Shown in pieces: positions 8,207-17,195 of a stretch of DNA of 19,196 bases; the stretch's first letter is position 1, and the number at the start of each line of letters is the position of its first letter. Both the position numbers and the translations under genes were made by a program. The notes beneath the pieces were generated by a model. It was not told where the DNA came from, did no database searches, and saw only the letters and a list, made by a program, of their open reading frames with translations. The stretch lies in assembly GCA_039698055.1 (NCBI GenBank), contig JBDKTL010000004.1, positions 1 through 19,196 of the forward strand, written 5' to 3'. The stretch is from Methanoregula sp. (GTDB taxonomy: Archaea; Halobacteriota; Methanomicrobia; Methanomicrobiales; Methanospirillaceae).

Positions 8207-9566
8207 ATGTATCCCGGAGACTCCGGTCGAACACAAAACCGGAAAAATCAACCCGGCAAAAACCTGCCAGCCAATGGGCGCCATGTATGCTGCGCTCGGC
8301 ATCCACGGTTGCCTGCCCCACAGCCACGGTTCACAGGGGTGTTGTGCCTACCACCGCATGCACCTGACCCGCCACTTCCGCGACCCGGTGCTCGCTTCAT
8401 CGAGCTCATTTACGGAAGGGGCTTCGGTCTTTGGCGGGGCGGCAAATCTCAAGACGTCGATAAAAAACGTCTTTGCAATATACAATCCCGAAATAATGGC
8501 GGTCCACACCACCTGCCTTTCCGAAACAATCGGCGATGATCTTCCAAACATCCTGAAACAGGCGGAAATCCCGGAAGGAAAAGTGGTCATCCATATCAAC
8601 ACTCCCAGTTACCAGGGTTCGCATATCACCGGATTTTCCGGGATGTGCAAAGCGATGGTTTCGTATCTTTCGCAATCGGACGGGACCCCCCAGAAAGACC
8701 AGGTCAACGTACTTCCGGGTTTTGTCAATCCGGGCGACATGAGGGAAATCCGCAGGATTGTTGATGCGCTTGGGGTAAAGATGATCATGTTCCCGGACAC
8801 ATCAGGTGTTCTCGATTCCCCGATAACCAGCAAATATAAGATGTTCCCGGATGGCGGTGCAACGGTTGCAGAGATTCGTGATGCCGGTAACTCCTCGCTC
8901 ACGCTCGCTCTTGGATCGTTTGCCTCAAACGACGCCGCTGAACTCCTGCAGGAGAAATGCGGGGTTACCGGTGTCCCGCTTAAACTCCCCATCGGGATCA
9001 AAGCGACCGATGCATTCATCATGGCAATCAAGAGCTGGTTTGGTGTCGAAGTCCCTGCTACGCTTACGCTGGAACGCGGACAGGTTGTCGATACCCTGAT
9101 TGATACCCAATTCCACTACCAGGGAAAGAGTGTGGCGATCTTCGGTGATCCCGATCATGTTATCGCGATGACGGAATTTGTGCTTACGATGGGCATGATC
9201 CCCAAATATGTCCTGACCGGAACCCCGGGCAAGACCTTTGAAATCGAGATCCAGAAAATGCTGGACGAAGCCGGTATTACGGGAAGCCGGGTGAAAGCGG
9301 ATGGCGATCTCTTCGATCTCCACCAGTGGATACGTGAAGAGAAAGTCGATCTGCTGATCGGGACGACATATGGGAAATATATCGCCCGTAAAGAGAATAT
9401 CCCGCTCGTCCGCTTCGGTTTCCCGATACTCGACCGGGCCGTTCATCCACTGATGCCCGTAGTCGGTTACCGGGGTTGCCTTCGATTAATCGAACAGATC
9501 AGTAACGCACTCCTGGACCAGCGCGATCGGGAGTGTCTTGACGAGGACTACGAACTGGTGCTGTAA
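8199..9566 (+). CDS. nifK: Nitrogenase MoFe protein beta chain
   Basis: INPAKTCQP, HSHGSQGCC, TTCLSETIGDD and TPSYQGSH motifs. ATG 8199 overlaps the end of nifD. No vnfG/anfG lies between D and K. Confidence 0.97.
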   Translation: MLECIPETPVEHKTGKINPAKTCQPMGAMYAALGIHGCLPHSHGSQGCCAYHRMHLTRHFRDPVLASSSSFTEGASVFGGAANLKTSIKNVFAIYNPEIMAVHTTCLSETIGDDLPNILKQAEIPEGKVVIHINTPSYQGSHITGFSGMCKAMVSYLSQSDGTPQKDQVNVLPGFVNPGDMREIRRIVDALGVKMIMFPDTSGVLDSPITSKYKMFPDGGATVAEIRDAGNSSLTLALGSFASNDAAELLQEKCGVTGVPLKLPIGIKATDAFIMAIKSWFGVEVPATLTLERGQVVDTLIDTQFHYQGKSVAIFGDPDHVIAMTEFVLTMGMIPKYVLTGTPGKTFEIEIQKMLDEAGITGSRVKADGDLFDLHQWIREEKVDLLIGTTYGKYIARKENIPLVRFGFPILDRAVHPLMPVVGYRGCLRLIEQISNALLDQRDRECLDEDYELVL

Positions 9567-9574
9567 CCAGAACG

Positions 9575-10978
9575 ATGGGGATGATATCTATGGAAGACCT
9601 CTGTGTGTTGCCCGCAGCCGGGCCGGCTGCCTGCATCAGCGAACGTGAACGTTCGATCATGACGGCCGGAAAGAGCAAAACCGGTATCCACTGCTCTGAC
9701 GACAGCCTCGCTGGCTCGGTAAGCCAGAGGGCCTGCGTTTTTTGTGGAGCCCGGGTCGTATTAAACCCGGTGACGGATGCTGCCCATCTCGTCCATGGCC
9801 CTATTGGCTGTGCCACGTACACATGGGATATCCGGGGCAGCCTTTCAAGCGGCTCCGAGCAGTATCGGAACAGTTTCTCCACCGATATGAAAGAGCGGGA
9901 CGTGGTCTTTGGCGGCGAGAAAAAGCTGGCAGCCTGCATCGATGAGATCGTTGAGAAATACCACCCTCCTGCGATTTTTGTCTACGCCACCTGCGTAACC
10001 GGTATGATCGGCGACGACATAATCGCAGTCAGTAAGGAAGCTTCGCGCCGTCACGGGATTGACGTAATTCCAGTTGAATCAAGCGGGTTCATATCCGGCA
10101 ACAAGGTAGTCGGATACCGGGCAGCAGCCCTGGCACTGATGCAGCTGATCACTCCAAAAGACGGAGATACAGTCACCCCTACCCGGAAACTCAATTTCCT
10201 TGGGGAGTACAATCTCGGTGGCGAGAAATGGCTCGTGGAAAGATACCTCCGCGAGATGGGCATCGAGATCAATGTTGCTTTCACCGGTGATTCGACCGTT
10301 GCCGCTTTAAAACAGGCACCTGGGGCATGCCTGAACCTCGTGCAGTGCACCGGTTCGATGCACTGGGTGGCTCTCCAGCTTGAGAAGACATTTGGCACGC
10401 CATTTATGGACATCAATTTCTTTGGCGCCGAGAACACGGTCGAAAGCCTGAGAAAGATAGCCCGGTTCTACAATGACCCGGCTGTTACTACAAGAACAGA
10501 GACACTGATTGCACGGGAACTTGCCAGAATCCAGCCAGTTATCGAACGATACCGGAAAAAACTTGCCGGTAAGCGGGCTGCCATCTATGTCGGAGGGGCT
10601 TACAAAGCAATCGCCATCATCCGCCAGCTCAAAGAACTCGGCATGGAAATTGTTCTCACGGGTACCCAGACCGGCAAAAAAGAGGAATATGCTGCGATAA
10701 GCGGGCTTTTAAACGAGAATGCAATTGTTGTTGATGACGCGAACCCGGCTGAAATCGAGAAATTCCTCATCGAAATGAAAGTTGATGTAATGGCCGGTGG
10801 AGTCAAGGAACGGGTGCTTGCGTACAAACTTGGTGTCGGCTTTGTCGACCACAACCATGACCGCAAAGACTGCCTCGCGGGGTTTGACGGTGCAATACGA
10901 TTTGCCGATGAGGTCTATATCACAACCTGCACACCAGTCTGGCAGCTGGTGAAAACCCCGTTCCCCGGGAGGATGTAA
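9575..10978 (+). CDS. nifE: FeMo-cofactor scaffold NifE (start could be 9581 or 9590)
   Basis: SQRACVFCGARVV, HLVHGPIGC, FSTDMKERDVVFGGEKKL and NLVQC motifs; NifD paralogue located after nifK. Confidence 0.95.
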   Translation: MGMISMEDLCVLPAAGPAACISERERSIMTAGKSKTGIHCSDDSLAGSVSQRACVFCGARVVLNPVTDAAHLVHGPIGCATYTWDIRGSLSSGSEQYRNSFSTDMKERDVVFGGEKKLAACIDEIVEKYHPPAIFVYATCVTGMIGDDIIAVSKEASRRHGIDVIPVESSGFISGNKVVGYRAAALALMQLITPKDGDTVTPTRKLNFLGEYNLGGEKWLVERYLREMGIEINVAFTGDSTVAALKQAPGACLNLVQCTGSMHWVALQLEKTFGTPFMDINFFGAENTVESLRKIARFYNDPAVTTRTETLIARELARIQPVIERYRKKLAGKRAAIYVGGAYKAIAIIRQLKELGMEIVLTGTQTGKKEEYAAISGLLNENAIVVDDANPAEIEKFLIEMKVDVMAGGVKERVLAYKLGVGFVDHNHDRKDCLAGFDGAIRFADEVYITTCTPVWQLVKTPFPGRM

Positions 10979-10979
10979 G

Positions 10980-12359
10980 ATGGACAGCAAACATGCTACA
11001 ACGGCAAAACAGGTAAACGAGAACCAGTGCCAGCAGTGCATGCCACTTGGAGGCGTCATTGCATTCAAAGGAATTGAGAATGCGATGGTACTTGTCCACG
11101 GCTCGCAGGGCTGCAGTACGTACATGCGCCTTGTCAATGTGGAGCACTATAATGAGCCCGTGGATATCGCATCCTCATCGCTCAACGAAAAGCAGACAAT
11201 CTACGGTGGTGAGGCGAACCTGAAAAAAGCGCTGGACAATGTCACCGGAGTCTACCAGCCAAAAGTCATTGGCGTTGTCACGAGCTGCCTTGCCGAGACC
11301 ATGGGTGAAGACCTCGACCGGATCATCACCGAATACCATTCCGAGCGTGGTTTGACGGGCATTGATATCATCCCGGTCCCCACCCCGAGTTACAGCGGCA
11401 GCCACACCGAAGGATTTTTTGCAGCGACCAAAGCCATCATCGCCCACTATGCACAACCAACAAAACCGCACCAGCGGATCAACGTGATTGTCCCCCACAT
11501 CAGCCCTGCTGACATACGGGAGATCAAACGATTGCTTGCATTGATGGGGTGCGAGTATACACTCATTCCTGATTACTCGCTCACCCTCGACCGGCCTGCT
11601 GGTGGCCAGTACCAGAAAATTCCACCCGGTGGTACCAGGACAGATGATATTGCACGGATGCCCGGGGCTCCCCTGACCATCCAGTTTGGCGAGACCTGCA
11701 CTGACGAACTGTCGCCCGGTCTCTGGCTCCGGCATAAATTCGGGGTCCCGCTTAAAAATCTCCCCCTTCCGGTTGGACTTGAGGCCACAGATCGGTTCCT
11801 CGTCGCCCTTCAGGAATTTACCGGACGTCCGCTGCCCGAAGCCCTTGCGCTCGAACGAGGCTGGCTTCTCGACGGCATGGCCGATGCCCACAAGTATAAT
11901 GCAGAAGGCCGTGCGGCAATCTACGGTGACCCCGAACTAGTGTACGCGGTTGTCCGTGTCTGCACCGAGAACGGAATTGCCCCGGTCGTTATTGCAAGCG
12001 GCACAAAAAACAGCCGGCTCGCTGCCTGTATCGAACCGTTAATCGCCAATCTCGATGAACGTCCGATTTTTATTGAGGAGACAGATTTTGCAACCATTGA
12101 AGACGCATCCTGCCGGGCGGGCATTACGTTTGCCATCGGGCATTCCGGTGGGAAATTTTTTACTGAACGATACGGTATCCCTGTCGTCCGGATGGGTTTT
12201 CCCATCCACGACCGGATCGGAGGCCAGCGGATCCTCTCGATGGGATATGCGGGCACGCTCGCATTCCTCGACCGTCTGACCAACTGCCTGCTCGAGGCAA
12301 AATACAGCACGTACCGCAACCGGATACGCGAACACATGGGAATTACACAAGGTGTATGA
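10980..12359 (+). CDS. nifN: FeMo-cofactor scaffold NifN (not fused to NifB)
   Basis: NENQCQQCMPLG, HGSQGCSTY, TSCLAETMGED, TPSYSGSH and GFPIHDRIGG motifs; NifK paralogue located after nifE. Confidence 0.94.
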   Translation: MDSKHATTAKQVNENQCQQCMPLGGVIAFKGIENAMVLVHGSQGCSTYMRLVNVEHYNEPVDIASSSLNEKQTIYGGEANLKKALDNVTGVYQPKVIGVVTSCLAETMGEDLDRIITEYHSERGLTGIDIIPVPTPSYSGSHTEGFFAATKAIIAHYAQPTKPHQRINVIVPHISPADIREIKRLLALMGCEYTLIPDYSLTLDRPAGGQYQKIPPGGTRTDDIARMPGAPLTIQFGETCTDELSPGLWLRHKFGVPLKNLPLPVGLEATDRFLVALQEFTGRPLPEALALERGWLLDGMADAHKYNAEGRAAIYGDPELVYAVVRVCTENGIAPVVIASGTKNSRLAACIEPLIANLDERPIFIEETDFATIEDASCRAGITFAIGHSGGKFFTERYGIPVVRMGFPIHDRIGGQRILSMGYAGTLAFLDRLTNCLLEAKYSTYRNRIREHMGITQGV

Positions 12360-12360
12360 T

Positions 12361-12669
12361 ATGCAAAAACCCACACGCCACATTTTCATCTGCACAAGCT
12401 CCCGTCCAAACGGGCAGCAGAAAGGATTCTGTCATACCAAGACCGGTGTCGAGGTCATGGCGCGATTCATGGAAGAGATAGAAGAACGCGGAATAGGTAA
12501 TGAGGTCTTCCTTACCAATACCGGGTGCTTTGGCATCTGCGAAAAAGGCCCGGTCGTTGTCGTCTACCCGGATAATGTCTGGTACGGATCGGTTACACCT
12601 GATGATGTTCCCGAGATTCTCGACCAGCATATTGAGGGGGGTACAATCGTGGAGCGTCTTGTCCTGTAA
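12361..12669 (+). CDS. Thioredoxin-like [2Fe-2S] ferredoxin, nif-associated
   Basis: HIFICTSSR...GFC...TGCFGICEKGPVVVVYPDNVWYG has the four-Cys pattern of the Clostridium pasteurianum-type 2Fe ferredoxin. ATG is 1 nt after the nifN stop. Confidence 0.92.
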   Translation: MQKPTRHIFICTSSRPNGQQKGFCHTKTGVEVMARFMEEIEERGIGNEVFLTNTGCFGICEKGPVVVVYPDNVWYGSVTPDDVPEILDQHIEGGTIVERLVL

Positions 12670-12684
12670 GGCCTGGTGGACAAC

Positions 12685-13329
12685 ATGTGCATTTCAGAGA
12701 TTGCGGTAATAACCGGGAATGATGGCACAACAATTCCCCTCAGCGAACCGGGAACAGTAGTTGTATTTCGAAGGATTCAAGGTACGTGGCAGAACCAACG
12801 GATGCTCCCGTTCTCGCTCGAAAAGGAAAGCAGCCTTTCGGGTTTGCGCCATAAGATGGCGGAACTCATCGGATTCCTTGGGGATTGCAGGACCGTAGTC
12901 GCACAATCGGCAAGCGGCGCCGTTTTCTTCGAACTTGAAAAAGCCCGCTGTTCAGTCTGGGAGATCGCGGGTCACCCTGAGGAGTTCCTTGATTCGGTCT
13001 GGCGGGATGCAAAAGAAGAAGCCGATGCAGCTGCCCCGCCCGCAGAAGGGGCAACTATTCCCACCCCGCGTGAGACTGCTCCCGGCAGATTTACTATCTC
13101 AATTAAAGAGATCCAGGGAAAACGCCCTGAAGTGAGCAGCAAGCAGGTGCTCCAGCAGTTCATCCGCAGGGGCGCATTCTGTGAGCTTGAAATCTTCTGC
13201 GATCACCTGCCCCCATGGATTGCGGTGGAATCAGAGCGTCTTGGCATAACGATCGATACCGAATACAGTGCACCAAACATCGTCCGCGTACTGCTGAAAA
13301 AAAATCCTGATGGAGCGTGCTGCTCTTAA
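12685..13329 (+). CDS. AnfO-family nitrogenase accessory protein
   Basis: EIAV...GTT...EPGTVVVF, FLGDCRTVVA, SSKQVL and LEIFCDHLPPW match my recollection of the AnfO family. Last gene of the nif operon, with a GGTGG RBS before ATG 12685. Confidence 0.75.
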   Translation: MCISEIAVITGNDGTTIPLSEPGTVVVFRRIQGTWQNQRMLPFSLEKESSLSGLRHKMAELIGFLGDCRTVVAQSASGAVFFELEKARCSVWEIAGHPEEFLDSVWRDAKEEADAAAPPAEGATIPTPRETAPGRFTISIKEIQGKRPEVSSKQVLQQFIRRGAFCELEIFCDHLPPWIAVESERLGITIDTEYSAPNIVRVLLKKNPDGACCS

Positions 13330-13445
13330 AGGAGAATTACCCATAACATAATGGAATTGTGCGGGAGCACCGATCTCTCTGTCACCAGGAATAAACCTGG
13401 TGCAGGGCACCTCTCATCTCAATGACCGTACTTCTCCCGCATAGA

Positions 13446-13514
13446 CCTTTTTTTCATAATCTGATCCTGACAACAGGATATCAAAATAAATTAATTGCCG
13501 GGTTGTAAAAAAAA
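13446..13514. terminator. Convergent archaeal oligo-T terminators between the nif operon and the wHTH gene
   Basis: CCTTTTTTT from 13446 on the + strand, and an A-run at 13507-13514 (T-run on the minus strand) immediately after the stop of the minus-strand gene. Confidence 0.4.
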
Positions 13515-14267
13515 TTACACCGGGTTCAGTACCTGATACAACTGCGAGATAGCAGTTATTGTTTTGTATCCCTTATCCGTGATGATGTAATCTCCCCGTT
13601 CATGACGCTGGAGAATCATGCCGGTATCGGTAAGTTTCTTGATATGGAACAGGAGGTTCCCGCCACGGAGCCCGGTCATCTGGGAAATATCGGAAAATGT
13701 CCGTGTCTGGACCGTGAGGGATTTGAGAATCTGAAACCGCTGGACATTTGACACAGGTTCGATAAGATCTTTTACTACGGACTCATCGGCAAATTTCAAA
13801 ACACCTTCAGCATCATCGCCAGCCTTCTGGTAAATCCCAAGCGTCTGCATCAGGTCAACCTGTTTTTCAAAGAGCCTGTGAACCTCCAGAAAACAGGTAT
13901 CGCACCGGTCAAACTGCCCTTTGCTGCGCAGGGTCTTCATCTGCTCACGATAGGACTGAATAATCTCATCAGATACCTGGCCATCTTTGATATGCTGTGA
14001 TGTGTTCTGCAAAAAATCCATAAACACATCGTAACATTTCTCCCGCATTTTACAATCGGCAACCATATGTGCAGAGAGATCGGCCTGTGCAGTGTCTATC
14101 TGGTTTGCCGTAAACATGTCCGCATAATTTTTCTTTAAGTCTCCAAGCACAATATCGACATGCTGCTGGTTTGCACGCTCGATGAACCGCTTGAGATCGG
14201 TCCGGAGCCCGGTAATTTCTGTTTTGAGATCCCGTATTTCCGTCAAAGTTCCCAGTGCCGCACCCAT
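13515..14267 (-). CDS. Transcriptional regulator with an N-terminal Cys-containing helical domain and a C-terminal ArsR-like winged HTH
   Basis: C-terminal EPVSNVQRFQILKSL...TFSDISQMTGLRGGNLLFHIKKLTDTGMILQRHERGDYIITDKG is a wHTH. The N-terminal part carries Cx5C and CxxC. Confidence 0.85.
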   Translation of the reverse strand: MGAALGTLTEIRDLKTEITGLRTDLKRFIERANQQHVDIVLGDLKKNYADMFTANQIDTAQADLSAHMVADCKMREKCYDVFMDFLQNTSQHIKDGQVSDEIIQSYREQMKTLRSKGQFDRCDTCFLEVHRLFEKQVDLMQTLGIYQKAGDDAEGVLKFADESVVKDLIEPVSNVQRFQILKSLTVQTRTFSDISQMTGLRGGNLLFHIKKLTDTGMILQRHERGDYIITDKGYKTITAISQLYQVLNPV

Positions 14268-14401
14268 AATTCTCCCCTATGATGTATCGGAATATATGCA
14301 CATGAACGTGAGGGTCATCAGACTATACCAACCACCGTTGTATATTTTAATGACGCTCAAGTATATATTTGTAACAACCGTAACATTGTCCGGTGAAAAG
14401 A

Positions 14402-14803
14402 ATGCCGACATGGAAGTATACGGACAAGGATGTATCAACGGCTAAAGCCGAAAAATCATTGAAATCGATCAAGAGCGCGTGTTTCGGGTGCAGTACGCAC
14501 AACCCGGACTGCTCGATTGCCAAGGCAGCCGGAGATGTTTCCGGGATGATTGGCGGTGAAACACCATCTGTACGGGAACAGATCCATGCACAGATTTCCG
14601 GTGCACTGGAAGGTGCAAAATTCCCGGTCAGGACGCCTCAGGATCTCATTGCAGCATTCCCGGACGGTGCTGACACAACGTGCCAGGCAGGAGACCTGAA
14701 GATGACTGCGGGTGAGGCAGGAAAATTGCTGAAAGCCACGGACTTCCCGTTCAAAAACGCAAAGGCTGTCGCCGATGTGATTGTTGATCGGGCAGGACTT
14801 TAA
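14402..14803 (+). CDS. MTH865-family protein with an extra N-terminal CxxC-x2-H-x3-C domain
   Basis: The C-terminal ~80 aa (SVREQIHAQISGALEGAKFPVRTP...FPDGADTTC...DFPFKNAKAVAD) is MTH865-like. A GGTGA RBS at 14392-14396 precedes ATG 14402, and T-tracts follow the stop. Confidence 0.8.
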   Translation: MPTWKYTDKDVSTAKAEKSLKSIKSACFGCSTHNPDCSIAKAAGDVSGMIGGETPSVREQIHAQISGALEGAKFPVRTPQDLIAAFPDGADTTCQAGDLKMTAGEAGKLLKATDFPFKNAKAVADVIVDRAGL

Positions 14804-15009
14804 AATCCCCTCTTTTTGCACGATCCCTTTTTTTTAGAATAATATCGACTTTTTACCATGACAAATGAATACCCGTAACTGCAACATTATGAAAAATACA
14901 CAACTGTAATTCCTGCCGCAATAATAAAGAAGAACTCGATAATCAGATTCTATTAAAAAAAGAATGGGCGGTTATCAGATTTCATACCGGTTCCCTTCAT
15001 CTTTTTTTA

Positions 15010-15969
15010 TTATCCCAGCATCGCGTTGAATAAATATCCTGTCAGCGTGAACGACACAAACAGGATGCCGGCAAAGAGCAGGAGCAGCCGGACTTTTATC
15101 ACTTTTCGTAAAATGATCATTTCGGGAAGTGAAAGCCCGATAACCGACATCATGAATGCAAGGGCAGTACCCATTGCCATGCCTTTAGCCGTGAGCACTT
15201 CCATGATCGGGATCATCCCGGCCGCGTTTGAGTAGAGCGGGACACCAATCAATACCGCGATTGGCACAGCAAGCGGGTTGTCAGGACCGGCGATGTTGAC
15301 CAGGAAATCTGCCGGCGCATACCCGTGGATGATCGCACCGATCCCGATACCAGCCAGGATGTAGGGCAGCACTTTGAGCGTGATGCTCTTTGATTCGCTG
15401 ATCCCAAAGTTCACCCGGTCCCGCCAGGTCATCACCTTTTCAGCACCATCGTACATTTTGCATTTCCAGACAAAATCCTCAACCTGTCCTTCCATATGAA
15501 GGCGCCCGATGATGATACCAGCGAGAATTGCGATGATGAGCCCGGACACAATGTAGATGAGCGCGATCTGCCAGCCGAACATCGCAAGCAGCATCGCAGC
15601 TGCAACTTCATTGATCAGTGGTGAAGCGATCAAAAACGAGAACGTGATGCCCAGCGGGACGCCGGATTCCACAAAGCCGATGAAAAGGGGGACGGCAGAG
15701 CAGGAGCAGAACGGTGTGGGGATGCCAAGCAGGGCGGCAAGCACATTGCCCATGCCTTCCGTGCGGCCCGCCACCCACTTTTTCACTTTCTGCGGCGTGA
15801 TGTAGGAGCGGACGATGCCAACGGCAAAAACAATCACCGCGAGCATCAGCGTGACCTTGATTGAATCGTAGATAAAAAAGTCCACTGACGATCCAAGCGG
15901 TGTTGCCGGGCCCATCCCGAGAACAGAGTACGTCAGCCAGTCGGCAAAGAGTTGTAAATAGTCAAGCAT
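15010..15969 (-). CDS. ArsP/DUF318-family permease
   Basis: Multiple TM segments with TPFCSCSAVPLF, TFSFLIASPLINE, GVPLYSNAAG and GLSLPEMIILRKV family motifs; in an operon divergent from arsR. Confidence 0.9.
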   Translation of the reverse strand: MLDYLQLFADWLTYSVLGMGPATPLGSSVDFFIYDSIKVTLMLAVIVFAVGIVRSYITPQKVKKWVAGRTEGMGNVLAALLGIPTPFCSCSAVPLFIGFVESGVPLGITFSFLIASPLINEVAAAMLLAMFGWQIALIYIVSGLIIAILAGIIIGRLHMEGQVEDFVWKCKMYDGAEKVMTWRDRVNFGISESKSITLKVLPYILAGIGIGAIIHGYAPADFLVNIAGPDNPLAVPIAVLIGVPLYSNAAGMIPIMEVLTAKGMAMGTALAFMMSVIGLSLPEMIILRKVIKVRLLLLFAGILFVSFTLTGYLFNAMLG

Positions 15970-15972
15970 TGT

Positions 15973-16317
15973 TTAATCCCCTGATAGTATGGTGTGCACT
16001 GCTGCCACTACCCTTTCGATCTCGGCATACTTCACGTCCGCCATCCCGTTCTTTTCAATGCCGAGATCAGTTGCGATGATATGGTGATTGGGAATATCAC
16101 TCACCCCTATAAGTTTTTTTATTGCGCAGCAGTCATGGCATCCATCAATGACAACAACCCGGTCTGCGCCACGGACTTCGTCTTCCAGCGAGGCGGCGGA
16201 TTTCCTGACATGTGTCCACAGGAACCGGCCCGGCCACTTCTGCATCAGGGCAATAGCAGCCTGCGTGGTCAGCTTGCCGGTATTTGATACTCCCGAACAA
16301 GTAACAAGCACGATCAT
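15973..16317 (-). CDS. DGC-domain putative zinc-binding protein
   Basis: VTCSGVSNTGKLT...VVVIDGCHDCCA...TDLGIEK. Confidence 0.88.
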   Translation of the reverse strand: MIVLVTCSGVSNTGKLTTQAAIALMQKWPGRFLWTHVRKSAASLEDEVRGADRVVVIDGCHDCCAIKKLIGVSDIPNHHIIATDLGIEKNGMADVKYAEIERVVAAVHTILSGD

Positions 16318-16326
16318 GGTTCTCTC

Positions 16327-16716
16327 TCATACGAGCGGAGGAGAAAATGTTGCAAGCAGGAGGAGCCCCCGGTCTCCTGCAACGATGCGGTGCACGGTAT
16401 CGGCCGGCATGACTCCGATTACGCCCGGCACGTACCTGATATTATTTCCTTTGACCGTGCAGGTCCCGTCTCCTGCCAGCACATCATGGACCTCAACCAT
16501 CCCGGCATGCGTGTGGTCGCCAATCTCACAACCGGGATTGATGCGGACATGGTGGATGCTCATGCGGCCGCCCGTGTCACTGCCGGTGACAAGGTGTTTT
16601 AACGCGACACCGGGAAATTTTGCATGAGGATTCCATGCAATTGATTCCACAGCATGTTGTTCATTTCCGGCAACTACGGCCTCATGAATGGTTCTTGTCG
16701 TGTCCAGGCAGCACAT
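16327..16716 (-). CDS. Cupin-domain protein
   Basis: Complete metal-binding cupin motifs HTH...EVH and MPADTVH. A GGTGA RBS overlapping the upstream stop supports ATG 16716. Confidence 0.88.
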   Translation of the reverse strand: MCCLDTTRTIHEAVVAGNEQHAVESIAWNPHAKFPGVALKHLVTGSDTGGRMSIHHVRINPGCEIGDHTHAGMVEVHDVLAGDGTCTVKGNNIRYVPGVIGVMPADTVHRIVAGDRGLLLLATFSPPLV

Positions 16717-16720
16717 GATT

Positions 16721-17110
16721 TCACCCAGAGGCATTCCGGACCGCATCGACAACCGTCTGGAGATCGCTCTCACTGTAGTGAGGACCGGGAGTTTTTGAAA
16801 TTCCCAGTTCCGTGATCATGACATAGCAGTTCGTCGCCAGTCCCTGTGCATCCATAATCTTTTTTGCGCAGGCAAGCGGGCACCCGTCGATGACAACCCG
16901 CTCGTCTGCCACTTTTCCAATGCTGATAAGTTTGTCCACATTCCCGCCGATACCGGCGAGGCAGGACCCGCCACCGAATCCTTCAAGCGTCAGGCGGCAT
17001 GCTGCTGCATTGGCCAGTTGCCCGACATTTGATCCAATCCCTGAACAGGCATAGATAATCCGTTTTTTTCCCTCGGCACCACAACCGCTGGATGATGTTT
17101 GTCCTTCCAT
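16721..17110 (-). CDS. DGC-domain putative zinc-binding protein
   Basis: IYACSGIGSNVGQLAN...SCLAGIG...VVIDGCPLACAKK...ITELGISK. A GGTGTGA RBS precedes ATG 17110. Confidence 0.9.
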   Translation of the reverse strand: MEGQTSSSGCGAEGKKRIIYACSGIGSNVGQLANAAACRLTLEGFGGGSCLAGIGGNVDKLISIGKVADERVVIDGCPLACAKKIMDAQGLATNCYVMITELGISKTPGPHYSESDLQTVVDAVRNASG

Positions 17111-17121
17111 GATGTTCACAC

Positions 17122-17195
17122 CATTTCAAATTTTGTTGAATTAATGTGGACAAGGCAAGGTTATATATCTTTTCATTTCAGATTAATTTTAAATG
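17122..17195. promoter_or_regulatory. Divergent promoter with a shared TATA box and two putative ArsR operators
   Basis: TTATATAT at 17161-17168 is flanked by two 22-nt imperfect palindromes, CATTTCAA-ATTTTG-TTGAATTA (17122-17143) and CATTTCAG-ATTAAT-TTTAAATG (17174-17195). Confidence 0.65.

Noticed and set aside
6581-9566. V- or Fe-only nitrogenase, suggested by the anfO-like gene
   Set aside because: No vnfG/anfG is present, nifD and nifK overlap directly, NifD has Mo-type motifs, and nifEN are present.
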